Source: Chthonomonas calidirosea (GTDB taxonomy: Bacteria > Armatimonadota > Chthonomonadetes > Chthonomonadales > Chthonomonadaceae). Taken from it: a stretch of 57,823 nt of DNA. Shown piece by piece: positions 27,481 to 37,360 of this stretch. The stretch lies in NCBI GenBank assembly GCA_945878775.1, contig CAMCUQ010000001.1, forward strand, positions 1 through 57,823. Reading direction: 5' to 3'. The notes beneath the pieces were generated by a model, which saw nothing but the letters and a program-made list of their open reading frames with translations, did no database searches and had not been told where the DNA came from. Each line of letters opens with the position of its first letter. The stretch's first letter is position 1. The translations under genes were made by a program, and so were the position numbers.

Positions 27481-28734
27481 TTACCAAGCTAAAGCCGTTC
27501 CAGAGCGTCGTGCATAGCGCGACAGTTCTTGTGTTTTTAGCCAAGGGTTACTCGCAAGCAGGTGGGCAGCTCCCGATTGGATAGTGACATTCTCTGCTTC
27601 AGAGAAATGTATGGTGACCCAGTTGCGATCACTAGGAGCATCGTCCACCATAAAGGCGCGATGGAAGGCATCAAAACCACGTGACATGATGCAATGGGGA
27701 TCACTAGAGTGATCCAAACCAAAAGCATGTCCCAATTCGTGAATTCCTGCTCCGATGGTGGTTGCCGCCAAGCCCCAAAGCGTATTACGATAGGAGCTAT
27801 CGTTGTAGACTTTACCTTCACAAATGGGAGTGGTGTCGGAAAAAGCGCGTGCCACATCGCCGATATGTCGGGGCCAGCTACACATTCCTAGATTGCTAAT
27901 GACGCCCGTACTCATGCCTCCCAAAGCGGTATGCGCCAAGGGTCTCTTATTTACAGTGTCGTAGCGAGAAAAAGCGGTGATGACGAGATTCTTGTAGTCC
28001 TTGCCGCCCAGTTGCTTTTGAACCGCAGCGTTGCAGAGTGTCCAGAGTTCATTTTTGTTGCAACGATTCAAGTGAGCAGCGGTGTGGGGGAGGCGTATAG
28101 TGTGCACAACGACCTTGCCTTTTGGGTCTAGTTCTAGTCCGAAGGTTTTTCGTCCATATCCGAGAGTATACATTCGTTCTGCCAAGAAAGTCTGCATCAG
28201 TTTAGCTGCGGTGTCTATACGGGAGCTATAGTCTTGTGGGTCTGCCTCAAATTGGGAGTCGTAGCGGGTATTGCCCGTTTTGTCCGTAATATAGACCAAA
28301 CGCACTTTGAGATTGGAAGCGATGCGCTGATAATGGAGGGTGATCTCGTTGGTTTTGTTGCCAGCCTCAAAGCGTAGCCGATTTGCGCCTGGAACCAACT
28401 CCACAAGTGCCTTGAACTCTCCACGAAACATGGTTGTTTGGTAGGTGCGTGAAGGGAGCTTGGAGGAGAGATTGGTTACGCGAAGGGAATATTGGCGATC
28501 ACACTTGGCACGTTCCACCCATGTCATCTGTTCAGAAGTTACCAGTGAGGGGTGATTTATGGCACTTTGGGAGACCTCTCCCGTAAGGAGGACTACCGGA
28601 TAGGAAAGAGTGGTTCCTGAAGAGAGGTTCTGGACTTGAATATCCTGCGCTTTGAGAGCTGTGGTGAGAGTAAAAGCGAGCGCGAGGGTCGTGAACAGTG
28701 TTCCGCCCTTTCGAAATGCATCCTGCATTTTCAT
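27481..28734 (-). CDS. Secreted zinc metalloprotease (metzincin-type HExxHxxGxxH)
   Basis: HELGHAFGLDH followed by CIM (Met-turn candidate). Signal peptide after Met 28734 (MKMQDAFRKGGTLFTTLALAFTLTTALKA) with AAGGAG upstream. The ORF is open to 28785. Confidence 0.75.
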   Translation of the reverse strand: MKMQDAFRKGGTLFTTLALAFTLTTALKAQDIQVQNLSSGTTLSYPVVLLTGEVSQSAINHPSLVTSEQMTWVERAKCDRQYSLRVTNLSSKLPSRTYQTTMFRGEFKALVELVPGANRLRFEAGNKTNEITLHYQRIASNLKVRLVYITDKTGNTRYDSQFEADPQDYSSRIDTAAKLMQTFLAERMYTLGYGRKTFGLELDPKGKVVVHTIRLPHTAAHLNRCNKNELWTLCNAAVQKQLGGKDYKNLVITAFSRYDTVNKRPLAHTALGGMSTGVISNLGMCSWPRHIGDVARAFSDTTPICEGKVYNDSSYRNTLWGLAATTIGAGIHELGHAFGLDHSSDPHCIMSRGFDAFHRAFMVDDAPSDRNWVTIHFSEAENVTIQSGAAHLLASNPWLKTQELSRYARRSGTALAW

Positions 28735-29028
28735 GGTTTTCGGTCTCCTTACCTTCCAATTTGAAACAAAAAAGAGATTCATCAACGAGTTTGTTCCACA
28801 GTGTAAGGAGGAAGCCTAACAGTTAAAATTACCTGTTTCTGGCTTACTGCCCTGAAGAGGGAGGTGAGGCTATCAGACGGCTACACAATCGGGTATAGCT
28901 TGTGTTCTCTTTTGGGGGAGAATGCAGAGAAATGTCTACCTGAGAAAAACCCCTGTTTTTGCCGTTATGCTAGGGGTCACTCAGGTATAATTAGGGCTAC
29001 CCAAACACCGAAGAAGGGAACAACGCTC

Positions 29029-30315
29029 TTGCGAGTGATAGAGGTTGCAAAAGAGGGCTATGCCACCGCCTGCGCACTACTGAAACGCGACACGTTACAG
29101 GACAATCCGCAGGTGGAGACTGTCGTAAAAAATATTATCGAGAGTGTGCGTCAACGAGGAGATGAGGCACTCTTAGAGTTATCACGCCGATTCGACTATG
29201 CCGAGATGACCACTTTTGAGGTCTCTACAGAGGAGTGGGATGCGGCAGAGGCGCAAGTCTCTGTAGAGATGCGCTCGGTGGTGCAACGCGCAGCAGAGAA
29301 CATTCGCGCCTTTCATGAACGTCAGCGCAAGACCAGTTGGCTTGAGGCGGAGCCAGAGAAGATTACAGGACAGTTGGTACACCCTCTCTCCCGTGTGGGA
29401 ATTTATGTTCCCGGAGGGACTGCCGCCTATCCTAGTTCGGTGTTGATGACAGCGATTCCGGCGAAAGTGGCGGGGGTTTCCGAAGTGATATTGGCGACGC
29501 CTGTGCGGGAGGGAGGTAAAGTTCCTCCTCTCGTACTCTATGCCGCGAAAGTGGCGGGAGTGAGCCGTATCGTGACGGTGGGAGGGGCACAAGCGATTGC
29601 CGCCTTCGCATTTGGAACCGAGAGCATCCCGCAAGTGGACAAAGTGGTGGGTCCCGGCAACGTTTATGTGAATGTGGCAAAGAAGCTACTCTATGGGCAG
29701 GTCGATATTGACATGCTAGCGGGTCCCAGTGAGGTTTGTGTGGTGGCAGATGCGGGTGCGAATCCGTTGTTTGCGGCAATGGATTTATTGACGCAAGCAG
29801 AACACGATGTGGAGTGCGCTGCCTATCTCATAACCCCTTCAACAGAGTTTGCAGAGCGAGTCTTGCAAGAGATAGAGAAGCAGCTTCTCGTCCTGCCTCG
29901 CAGTGATATTTTGAAAGAGGCTTTGGAGAATAACGGAGGGGTCTTCATTACCGAATCTCTGGAGCAGGCATATGATCTCGCAAATGTCTGTGCGCCAGAA
30001 CATATCGCTCTGATGGTGCGGGAGCCGTTTGCAGCTTTGGGGTATATTCGGAACGCGGGGGCAATTCTGATGGGAGACTACTCCCCTCAGACGTTGGGAG
30101 ACTATTTGGCGGGTCCCAGTCACACCCTTCCGACGAGTGGAACGGCACGATTCTCGTCACCGCTTCATGTCGATACTTTTTTGAAGAAGCAAAGCTTCAT
30201 CTACTACACGCCCAAGGCATTGAGCGGAGCCGCAGACGCACTGATCGCATTTGCTCGCGCCGAGGGGTTTGATGCCCATGCCGAGGCGGTTGTTGCCCGT
30301 GAGAAGGGAGCCTAA
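29029..30315 (+). CDS. hisD: Histidinol dehydrogenase
   Basis: Full-length HisD-like sequence (GIYVPGGTAAYPSSVLM, GPGNVYV, LTQAEHD, PEH, GDYLAGPSHTLPT). I place the start at TTG 29029 (GAAGGGA upstream), giving about 429 aa. The track ORF is open from 28864. Confidence 0.9.
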   Translation: MRVIEVAKEGYATACALLKRDTLQDNPQVETVVKNIIESVRQRGDEALLELSRRFDYAEMTTFEVSTEEWDAAEAQVSVEMRSVVQRAAENIRAFHERQRKTSWLEAEPEKITGQLVHPLSRVGIYVPGGTAAYPSSVLMTAIPAKVAGVSEVILATPVREGGKVPPLVLYAAKVAGVSRIVTVGGAQAIAAFAFGTESIPQVDKVVGPGNVYVNVAKKLLYGQVDIDMLAGPSEVCVVADAGANPLFAAMDLLTQAEHDVECAAYLITPSTEFAERVLQEIEKQLLVLPRSDILKEALENNGGVFITESLEQAYDLANVCAPEHIALMVREPFAALGYIRNAGAILMGDYSPQTLGDYLAGPSHTLPTSGTARFSSPLHVDTFLKKQSFIYYTPKALSGAADALIAFARAEGFDAHAEAVVAREKGA

Positions 30316-30318
30316 GCG

Positions 30319-30906
30319 ATGAGCCGTACTTCACGCATTGAGCGAAACACCAATGAGACCCAGATTCGGCTAGAACTGAATCTGGATGGAACAGGTAAAC
30401 ATAGTATTCAGACAGGAGTCGGCTTCTTCGATCATATGCTGACTCATATCGCGAAACATGGGCTGATCGATCTGACGGTCGAGGTGACGGGCGATCTGCA
30501 CATCGATGACCACCACACGGTGGAGGATGTGGGGATCGTGCTTGGCAAGGCGTTGGCAGAGGCGTTGGGGGACAGAGTGGGGATTACGCGAGTCGGCAAT
30601 ATCGCGGTTCCTATGGATGAGGCTCTTGTCTTCTGTGCGATTGACATTAGCGGGCGCGGGTTTCTGGTCTCGAACGTGACCTACCCTACTCCAAAACTGG
30701 GCGATTTTACGACGGAAATGGTTCCAGAGTTCTTTCGCGCTGTCGCTGTAAACGCGGGTTGGACGGTGCATCTGCATCAGTATGTGGGAAGTAATACCCA
30801 TCATATTATCGAATCGGCATTCAAAGCCTTTGGGCGAGCAACCGCTCTTGCGGTGGCAAAAGACCCGAGGGTACAAGGCATTCCTTCCACGAAGGGAGTC
30901 TTGTAG
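30319..30906 (+). CDS. hisB: Imidazoleglycerol-phosphate dehydratase
   Basis: RNTNETQIRLELNLDG, GFFDHML, DLHIDDHHTVEDVGI and HHIIESAFKAFGRA are canonical IGPD motifs. Confidence 0.95.
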   Translation: MSRTSRIERNTNETQIRLELNLDGTGKHSIQTGVGFFDHMLTHIAKHGLIDLTVEVTGDLHIDDHHTVEDVGIVLGKALAEALGDRVGITRVGNIAVPMDEALVFCAIDISGRGFLVSNVTYPTPKLGDFTTEMVPEFFRAVAVNAGWTVHLHQYVGSNTHHIIESAFKAFGRATALAVAKDPRVQGIPSTKGVL

Positions 30907-30962
30907 TTCTAAACGACGCTCAAGGTGACTATCTCGAATCAATAGACAGGGAGCGTCTAACC

Positions 30963-31262
30963 ATGCAAGATATAAAAAAACTTCACTCTGTTCCGGGGCG
31001 TGGGATATTGGGCTGGATAGGGAGAGAGAGTGCCATACTCACGCGCCTGATTCTGATCGTGTTACTGTCGGCGGTTTTGATGGAAGCCTTTCGGTGGGCA
31101 ATGGATGTGACTCAAGCGAACGAGAAGCGTATCTCAACGAACATCGCGCACTTGCAAAAGGGGACGGAAGCAACCCGTTCTACCCCCGAAAAACGTGTGG
31201 TTCCCCTCCGTGCGGGTCCTATTATCGAAGCCCTCAAGGAGCGATCTTCACACCGCCGCTAG
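30963..31262 (+). CDS. Hypothetical small membrane protein between hisB and hisH
   Basis: 99-aa ORF with one hydrophobic helix (LILIVLLSAVLMEAF). No family recognised, so coding status is uncertain. Confidence 0.35.
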   Translation: MQDIKKLHSVPGRGILGWIGRESAILTRLILIVLLSAVLMEAFRWAMDVTQANEKRISTNIAHLQKGTEATRSTPEKRVVPLRAGPIIEALKERSSHRR

Positions 31263-31392
31263 GCTCTAAAAAGCTTCGAATCAAACGACAAAAAGGGCGA
31301 TTTGTGGGTTATACTGTGAGTCTATAACACTGTGTTGATGCTTTATAGACTCTGAAGATAATCAACGAGAAACGGAGACCCCAAAAAGCAAT

Positions 31393-32013
31393 ATGATTGC
31401 CCTTGTAGATTACGGTATGGCGAACTTAAGAAGCGTTGAAAAAGCCTTGCAGAGCGTTGGAGGTGACCCCGTCATTACCAGTGACCCCGCACAGGTCTTG
31501 GCGGCAGACAAAGTGGTGCTTCCCGGCGTGGGAGCCTTCTGTGCCGCCATGACCAACCTAGACCGCAGTGGGCTACGCGATGCTGTCGTGCAGTCTATCG
31601 CGCAGGACAAGCCCTTTCTTGGTATCTGTCTCGGTTTCCAGATGCTCTTTGAGGGGAGTACCGAAATGGGCTTCTCACAGGGCTTAAATATCCTACCGGG
31701 GCAGGTTGTGCGCTTCTTTGCCGATAAGCCCCAAGTGGCTGCCCTCAAGGTTCCCCACATCGGTTGGAACTCCCTTCACTTTCCACGTTCGTCTCGCCTC
31801 TTTGAAGGATTGGAAGAGGGCGCACGCGTCTACTTCGTCCACTCCTACTACCCAGAACCTCAGGACCCCACCCTCATCTCTGCGACCAGCGACTACGGAT
31901 ACGATTTCTGTTGTGCTATTGAGCGAGACAACATCGCCGCCACCCAATTCCATCCCGAAAAGAGTGGAGCCATCGGATTACAGATTCTCCGAAACTTTGT
32001 TTCGTGGAAGTAG
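31393..32013 (+). CDS. hisH: Imidazole glycerol phosphate synthase, glutamine amidotransferase subunit
   Basis: MIALVDYGMANLRSV, LPGVGAF, GICLGFQML (catalytic Cys), and FHPEKSG. Confidence 0.95.
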   Translation: MIALVDYGMANLRSVEKALQSVGGDPVITSDPAQVLAADKVVLPGVGAFCAAMTNLDRSGLRDAVVQSIAQDKPFLGICLGFQMLFEGSTEMGFSQGLNILPGQVVRFFADKPQVAALKVPHIGWNSLHFPRSSRLFEGLEEGARVYFVHSYYPEPQDPTLISATSDYGYDFCCAIERDNIAATQFHPEKSGAIGLQILRNFVSWK

Positions 32014-32106
32014 GTAGTATCAATTGAGAAATTCTCATGTTTTGTGCCATAATTGTTGAGAAATATTAAACCCAATGCACAAAACAGGAGTTTCAGCAGA
32101 CAAGAC

Positions 32107-32853
32107 GTGAATATCTACCCCGCCATCGACATGAAAGACGGACGCTGTGTGCGTCTGCTTCAAGGGCGTTATGACGCCGTAACAACCTATGCACAAGACC
32201 CTCTCCTCATCGCGCACCGCTGGCAAGAGGCAGGCGGGAGGTGGCTCCACATTGTGGACCTTGACGGTGCAAAGGAGGGCAAGCCCAGTGAACTCAACCG
32301 GGCAGCCCTTAAGCGCATACTCAAAGAGGTTCCTCTGCCTATTCAGTTTGGGGGAGGAGTGCGCACCGTTGATATCGTGCGCCAACTCTTGGACTTGGGG
32401 GTAGCCCGTGTTGTTTTGGGAACCGCCGTTGTCCGCGACCCCGCACTTGCAGAAGAGGTTTTTACCACTTTTGGAGAGAGTGTCGCAGTGGGAGTAGACG
32501 CCCGCAATGGAAACGTTGCTGTGCAGGGGTGGCAAGAGGAGAGCGGAGAGCAGGCAACCGACTTTGTGAAGCGCATGGCGAGCATTGGAGCGAAACGGTT
32601 CATCTTTACCGATATTGCGCGAGATGGGATGTTACAAGGAATCAACGCGGAAGCACTGGAAGCGGTGGCAAAAGCCGTCCCAGAGATTCCTATTATCGCC
32701 TCTGGTGGAGTGACGGCTATGGGCGACATCGATACGCTCCTACGCCTGAAGTCTGAAAGAATGCCTAATCTGGACGGCGCGATCATTGGCAAGGCACTCT
32801 ACACAGGGAACCTCGATCTGGTAGAGGTGATTCGGTATGTAGAGGAGATTTAG
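32107..32853 (+). CDS. hisA: ProFAR isomerase (1-(5-phosphoribosyl)-5-[(5-phosphoribosylamino)methylideneamino]imidazole-4-carboxamide isomerase)
   Basis: (V/M)NIYPAIDMKDGRCVRLLQG, HIVDLDGA, FGGGVR, FTDIARDGMLQG, ASGGV and GAIIGKALY. GTG 32107 is the preferred start; the ORF is open from TTG 32053. Confidence 0.9.
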   Translation: MNIYPAIDMKDGRCVRLLQGRYDAVTTYAQDPLLIAHRWQEAGGRWLHIVDLDGAKEGKPSELNRAALKRILKEVPLPIQFGGGVRTVDIVRQLLDLGVARVVLGTAVVRDPALAEEVFTTFGESVAVGVDARNGNVAVQGWQEESGEQATDFVKRMASIGAKRFIFTDIARDGMLQGINAEALEAVAKAVPEIPIIASGGVTAMGDIDTLLRLKSERMPNLDGAIIGKALYTGNLDLVEVIRYVEEI

Positions 32854-32889
32854 CCTCTCTTGGCGAAAAAGGCGGAGGAGGGCATACAC

Positions 32890-33192
32890 ATGGGATTCGC
32901 ATTTATTATTGTTGTGGCGATTATGGCTATCTCCATCACAGCGATTTTGAGCGAGAGCCGTAAAGCTGTACTCATTGCCCAGATGAAGATGAGGAGCAAT
33001 GACGACCCACAGCTAAAAGCCTCACTCGATGCCCTGCACGCGGAGATACGCGCCCTACGAGACACTAGCATGCAATACGACCTCAGCTTTGATACTGCGC
33101 TCCAAAAGATTGACCAGCGAGTCGGTTTTTTGGAAAGACGCCTCAACCAAATCGAAGAGAGTCAACCGCAACACCTCACGATTAAGTCGTAG
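32890..33192 (+). CDS. Single-pass membrane coiled-coil mini-protein, paralog 1 of 5
   Basis: ATG 32890 with GGAGGAGG upstream (ORF open from 32860). TM helix FAFIIVVAIMAISITAIL, then SRK, then a helix with LRDTSMQYDLSFDTALQKIDQR. The motif is shared with the four following ORFs. Confidence 0.75.
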   Translation: MGFAFIIVVAIMAISITAILSESRKAVLIAQMKMRSNDDPQLKASLDALHAEIRALRDTSMQYDLSFDTALQKIDQRVGFLERRLNQIEESQPQHLTIKS

Positions 33193-33217
33193 TTTGCTAC
33201 AATAGAGGAGCAATATC

Positions 33218-33535
33218 ATGGGACCTGGAGAGACTTTAGTTGCTTTGATGGGATGTGTCTTCGTCTTTGGTATTCCACTTAGCCTTATCTGGACGAGCCA
33301 CAAGCGCAAGATGATGGAGCTACAACTGCGTCTCAGGGGGGATCAAGACATGGGAGTGCGCCCCGAACTTAATGCCCTTCGAGAAGAGGTTCGTGCTTTG
33401 CGAGACACCAGTATGCAGTACGATCTCAGCTTTGATAGTGCACTTCAAAAGATGGAACAGCGCATGCAATCGATGGAGCGCAGAGCGAATCAAGCGGAGA
33501 TACCCGCCTCGCAAGAGATTCACCTCGGACGCTAG
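33218..33535 (+). CDS. Single-pass membrane coiled-coil mini-protein, paralog 2 of 5
   Basis: GAGGAG lies 7 nt upstream. TM helix LVALMGCVFVFGIPLSLIW, then HKRK, then LRDTSMQYDLSFDSALQKMEQRM. Confidence 0.8.
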   Translation: MGPGETLVALMGCVFVFGIPLSLIWTSHKRKMMELQLRLRGDQDMGVRPELNALREEVRALRDTSMQYDLSFDSALQKMEQRMQSMERRANQAEIPASQEIHLGR

Positions 33536-33563
33536 GCGGCTTTGTTAGAAAAGGAACGGAACT

Positions 33564-33869
33564 ATGCCTGCCGAAATTGTTGCCATTATTATGGTAAGTC
33601 TTGGCATACCCATGATTGCTATCTGGACGACCCACAAACGCAAGATGTTGGAGCTACAACTCCAATTGCGCCAAGATGGTGATACAGGGGTACGTCAAGA
33701 GTTGATGGCAATGCGAGAAGAGATGCGCTCTCTTCGGGACACCAGTATGCAATATGACCTCAGCTTCGACACTGCGCTCCAAAAAATGGATCAGCGCATG
33801 ATGGCGGTAGAGCGTCGCGTGAATCAGGTCGAGCAACCTGAGACTCGCCAAATCCAAATGGGAAAATAA
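33564..33869 (+). CDS. Single-pass membrane coiled-coil mini-protein, paralog 3 of 5
   Basis: TM helix IVAIIMVSLGIPMIAIW, then HKRK, then LRDTSMQYDLSFDTALQKMDQRM. About three-quarters identical to paralog 2 by eye. Confidence 0.8.
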   Translation: MPAEIVAIIMVSLGIPMIAIWTTHKRKMLELQLQLRQDGDTGVRQELMAMREEMRSLRDTSMQYDLSFDTALQKMDQRMMAVERRVNQVEQPETRQIQMGK

Positions 33870-33877
33870 TAAAGGTT

Positions 33878-34201
33878 ATGGAATCTACTGTTTTTGCCAT
33901 CATTTTGATGTTTTTGGGGTTACCCCTCATTGTTCTCTCCATTCCCTTGACGCTAATTTGGGGAAACCATAAGCGCAAATTGCTGGAGATGCGTCTTCGG
34001 CATGAGACTCAAGGCGACCTCAAGCTGCAAGCCCAAATAGAGGCTCTGCGTGCCGATATACAGTCGCTACGAGATACCAGTATGCAGTACGACTTGAGCT
34101 TTGAGACAGCACTACAACGGGTTGAGACGCGCGTTCAATCGCTAGAAGCACAACGTATTGCGAACTCTTCCTCTCTTCCACAGATTTCTCATGGAGAATG
34201 A
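33878..34201 (+). CDS. Single-pass membrane coiled-coil mini-protein, paralog 4 of 5
   Basis: TM helix VFAIILMFLGLPLIVLSIPLTLIW, then HKRK, then LRDTSMQYDLSFETALQRVETRV. Its stop overlaps the start of paralog 5 (ATGA). Confidence 0.8.
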   Translation: MESTVFAIILMFLGLPLIVLSIPLTLIWGNHKRKLLEMRLRHETQGDLKLQAQIEALRADIQSLRDTSMQYDLSFETALQRVETRVQSLEAQRIANSSSLPQISHGE

Positions 34202-34551
34202 CTGAGATGCAATTTTTAGTTCCCCCGTTTGCGATGTCGAGTGGCGATCTTATAGGCTTGGTTGCCGTGTTCCTCATTTTTGGAGGTGGCTCCGCTCTGG
34301 TAAAACTGCTGGAGAACAGGAATCGCACTCGGATTGAACTCGCTCAACTCCGCTCCCAACAGCAGGGTGGAGAGGGGCTCCAACGTGAAGTCCATGCTCT
34401 GCGCGATGAATTGGCGATGGTGCGTGAGCAACTGCGTGACCTTAAAGACACGACCACTCAATACGACATCAGTTTTGATACTGCCCTCCAACGCATGGAT
34501 CGCCGTATGGGCATCATTGAGCAAGACAACCAACAACGGTTGGGACACTAG
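34198..34551 (+). CDS. Single-pass membrane coiled-coil mini-protein, paralog 5 of 5 (most divergent)
   Basis: TM helix LIGLVAVFLIFGGGSALV, then ENRNRTR, then LKDTTTQYDISFDTALQRMDRRM. Confidence 0.75.
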   Translation: MTEMQFLVPPFAMSSGDLIGLVAVFLIFGGGSALVKLLENRNRTRIELAQLRSQQQGGEGLQREVHALRDELAMVREQLRDLKDTTTQYDISFDTALQRMDRRMGIIEQDNQQRLGH

Positions 34552-34712
34552 CCCCTTCTTGCCGGGCGTTGCTTCGGAATCAAACCCTCTTCCAAACAAA
34601 TGATGCTCACCTAAACGGTGAAGTGTTTCTCCTTTCCTTAACTCCTTCAAAAAATGCTGTTTTTGCTAGGTTGGAAGCCTGCTACGTGCGCTTATTGAAT
34701 CCTACGGCATGG

Positions 34713-34749
34713 AGAAGAGAGTAGAGTAGGCAGATCATCTCTTCTTTTT
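34713..34749 (+). terminator. Possible intrinsic terminator downstream of the five-gene array
   Basis: AGAAGAGA (34713-34720) pairs with TCTCTTCT (34738-34745), giving an 8-bp stem and 17-nt loop that runs into TTTTT. The stem is A/G-rich and weak, and the loop is long. Confidence 0.35.
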
Positions 34750-34888
34750 GCGGCTGTCAGCATACCAGCATGAGAAAAGGAGGTAGCGAAGCACAGAATG
34801 AAGAATAATCTACCGGGCGTTTTATTTTCATTATCGCGAAAGTAGAGCTTTCTTTTCCACTCTGGGCAAGGAAGCAGAGGGTAGTTTC

Positions 34889-37243
34889 ATGGATCATCCA
34901 CCATACTATCGGTTTCTTTTGGGGACTTTTGTTCTTAGCGGCGTTGTAATGTTCCATACCGCCTTTGCCACACCCCAAAAAAGAATAGAGAAACCCTCCA
35001 AGAGACCACCCGTTAGTTATACTCAAGAGGTGCGCCCCATTTTGGCGGAAAAGTGCTTTTCTTGTCATGGAGCCGACGAGAAAAAGCGCATGGCGAATCT
35101 GCGCCTCGACACCCGTGATGGAGCCATTGCACACAGAGCTGTTGTTTCCGGTCATCCTGAAAAGAGCACGATCCTAGCCCGTATTCTGCGAAACGATGGT
35201 CTGAGAATGCCTCCGACGCATACGGGCAAAAAGGTCACGCAGGACGAGGTTGAGATAATCAAACGGTGGATTACACAGGGAGCCAAATACGCGCCTCACT
35301 GGGCTTTCCAAAGACCGCAACGAGTCCCTCTCCCCAAAACCGCAAACCAACGGCAAATCAAGAACCCCATAGACAACTTTGTCTTTGCAAAACTAGAGCA
35401 AATCGGTCTGACACCGAACCCTACAGCCGACAAGTACACATTGGTGCGGCGCGTCTCCCTAGACCTCACGGGGCTGCCGCCGACTCCCCAAGAGGTGCAG
35501 ACCTTTGCGAGTGACACATCGCCCAACGCCTACGAAAAACTAGTGGATCGCCTGCTTGCATCACCTCAATATGGCGAAAAGTGGGCACGAATGTGGATGG
35601 ATATTGCCCGCTATGCCGACTCCGCAGGCTATGGCTCCGATCCGCTTCGCCCTAATCTGTGGCCCTACCGTGATTGGGTCATCAACGCTTTCAACAACAA
35701 TATGCCCTTCGACCGTTTCACCATCGAACAACTCGCGGGTGATCTACTGCCCAATCCAACCCAAGAGCAACTCGCAGCGACCACCTTCCACCGCAACACC
35801 ATGACGAATACAGAGGGGGGAACCGACCGCGAGGAGTTCCGAACCGCCGCAGTGAAAGATCGTGCCATTGTCACAATGCAGGCTTGGATGGGCGTCACAG
35901 TGGGGTGTGCTCAGTGCCACAACCACAAATACGACCCTGTGACCCAAAAGGACTTCTATCGCTTCCTCGCCTTCTTCAACCAGACGGAAGACAACGATCA
36001 GCCCGATGAGCGCCCCACTATCCCCTACTTGACCTCAGACCTAAAACGGCGGAAAGAGGCTCTTCAGGTAGAAGTGGCGGAGCTAACCAGCAAGAATACG
36101 CCCGAAGCCAAAGCGGAAATAGAAAAGAAAAACAAAGAGATTGAGAAAATCTTCATCAAACTGCCCGTGATGAAGGAGCTGCCCACCGACAAACAGCGCA
36201 AATCTCATATTCTCATTTTGGGCAATTTTCTTAGTAAAGCCGAGGAGGTGCAGGCGGGAACGCCGACTTATTTCCCCGCTCTCCCCGCCGATGCCCCCAA
36301 AAATCGCTTGGGTGTCGCTCTGTGGTTGACCAATCGAGAGAACCCTCTCACTGCACGAGTAGCAGTCAATCGCTTTTGGGCAACCCTTTTCGGCAGAGGG
36401 ATTGTGGAGACGGAGGAGGATTTTGGTCAGCAGGGTTCCCTTCCCTCGCATCTGGAACTCCTAGACTGGCTTGCGTTGGAGTTTATGGAGGGGGGATGGA
36501 ACGTCAAGAACATCCTGAAAACCCTTGTCACCTCCGCAACCTACCGTCAGTCCGCGCGAACCCTACCCTCTCACCTAGAAAAAGACCCCAGAGACCGCCT
36601 ACTCTCTCGGTATCCACGTCGTCGCTTAGACGCCGAAGGGGTGCGTGATCAGGCACTCCTCCTCAGCGGAATGTTGAGCCACAAATTGGGAGGACCGTCT
36701 GTTTTTCCCCCACAACCCGACGGACTTTGGAGAGCCGCTTTCAATGGAGAGCGCACATGGTCTACGAGTGTGGGTGAGGATCGCTACCGGCGGGGACTCT
36801 ACACTTTCTGGAGGCGCACCGTTCCTTACCCAAGCATGGCGACCTTCGATGCACCAAGTCGAGAGACTTGCACTCTGCGCCGTATCCCAACGAACACCCC
36901 GCTTCAGGCTCTCATTACACTCAACGATCCTGTTTACTTGGAGTTGGCGCAGGCGTTGGGGCGGCGTATTGCAAAAGAGGGTGGTAACTCACTACAGGAG
37001 CGGATGCGATTTGCTCTCCTCCTGGTGCAGTGCAAACCTGCCACCGAGACACAGGTACAGACGCTCACCGAACTCTATAACCAAGAGTTAGAACACTTTC
37101 GCAAAAATGCACCTGCCGCAAAAACGATGGCAACGCAACCTTTGGGAGACCTGCCTGCGGGAATGGACGTAGCAGAACAAGCCGCATGGACGGTGGTTGC
37201 AAATGTCCTCTTGAACCTAGACTCTGTTTTGACGATTGGCTAG
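34889..37243 (+). CDS. PSCyt1 (cytochrome c-like) / DUF1549 / DUF1553 domain protein, secreted
   Basis: [19 protein letters not shown] (CxxCH), [18 protein letters not shown]...[18 protein letters not shown] (DUF1549), [12 protein letters not shown] (DUF1553), and a PSD1-type C-terminus. Confidence 0.85.
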   Translation: MDHPPYYRFLLGTFVLSGVVMFHTAFATPQKRIEKPSKRPPVSYTQEVRPILAEKCFSCHGADEKKRMANLRLDTRDGAIAHRAVVSGHPEKSTILARILRNDGLRMPPTHTGKKVTQDEVEIIKRWITQGAKYAPHWAFQRPQRVPLPKTANQRQIKNPIDNFVFAKLEQIGLTPNPTADKYTLVRRVSLDLTGLPPTPQEVQTFASDTSPNAYEKLVDRLLASPQYGEKWARMWMDIARYADSAGYGSDPLRPNLWPYRDWVINAFNNNMPFDRFTIEQLAGDLLPNPTQEQLAATTFHRNTMTNTEGGTDREEFRTAAVKDRAIVTMQAWMGVTVGCAQCHNHKYDPVTQKDFYRFLAFFNQTEDNDQPDERPTIPYLTSDLKRRKEALQVEVAELTSKNTPEAKAEIEKKNKEIEKIFIKLPVMKELPTDKQRKSHILILGNFLSKAEEVQAGTPTYFPALPADAPKNRLGVALWLTNRENPLTARVAVNRFWATLFGRGIVETEEDFGQQGSLPSHLELLDWLALEFMEGGWNVKNILKTLVTSATYRQSARTLPSHLEKDPRDRLLSRYPRRRLDAEGVRDQALLLSGMLSHKLGGPSVFPPQPDGLWRAAFNGERTWSTSVGEDRYRRGLYTFWRRTVPYPSMATFDAPSRETCTLRRIPTNTPLQALITLNDPVYLELAQALGRRIAKEGGNSLQERMRFALLLVQCKPATETQVQTLTELYNQELEHFRKNAPAAKTMATQPLGDLPAGMDVAEQAAWTVVANVLLNLDSVLTIG

Positions 37244-37360
37244 ATGCCACTTGCTGACCTCTACCAAAGTTGCTAACATGGCAGGTCAAATAGGAGATTT
37301 ACTCTTACTTCTGCGGCTTTTGAGAATTACCTCATCATTAAAAACTTGATTGGAGAAGCC

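Noticed and set aside
28864-29028. 55-codon N-terminal extension of hisD in the track ORF, and a possible his leader
   Set aside because: The extension has no HisD similarity. An internal TTG with a GAAGGGA SD gives a canonical-length HisD. I found no run of His codons or convincing attenuator hairpins upstream.
32860-34551. Five-paralog array as a recent duplication, mis-assembly or mobile repeat
   Set aside because: Nucleotide sequences differ at many synonymous sites, even within the invariant peptide core, and the spacers are unrelated. This is not a recent repeat or a collapsed or expanded assembly. It is kept as a real finding instead.
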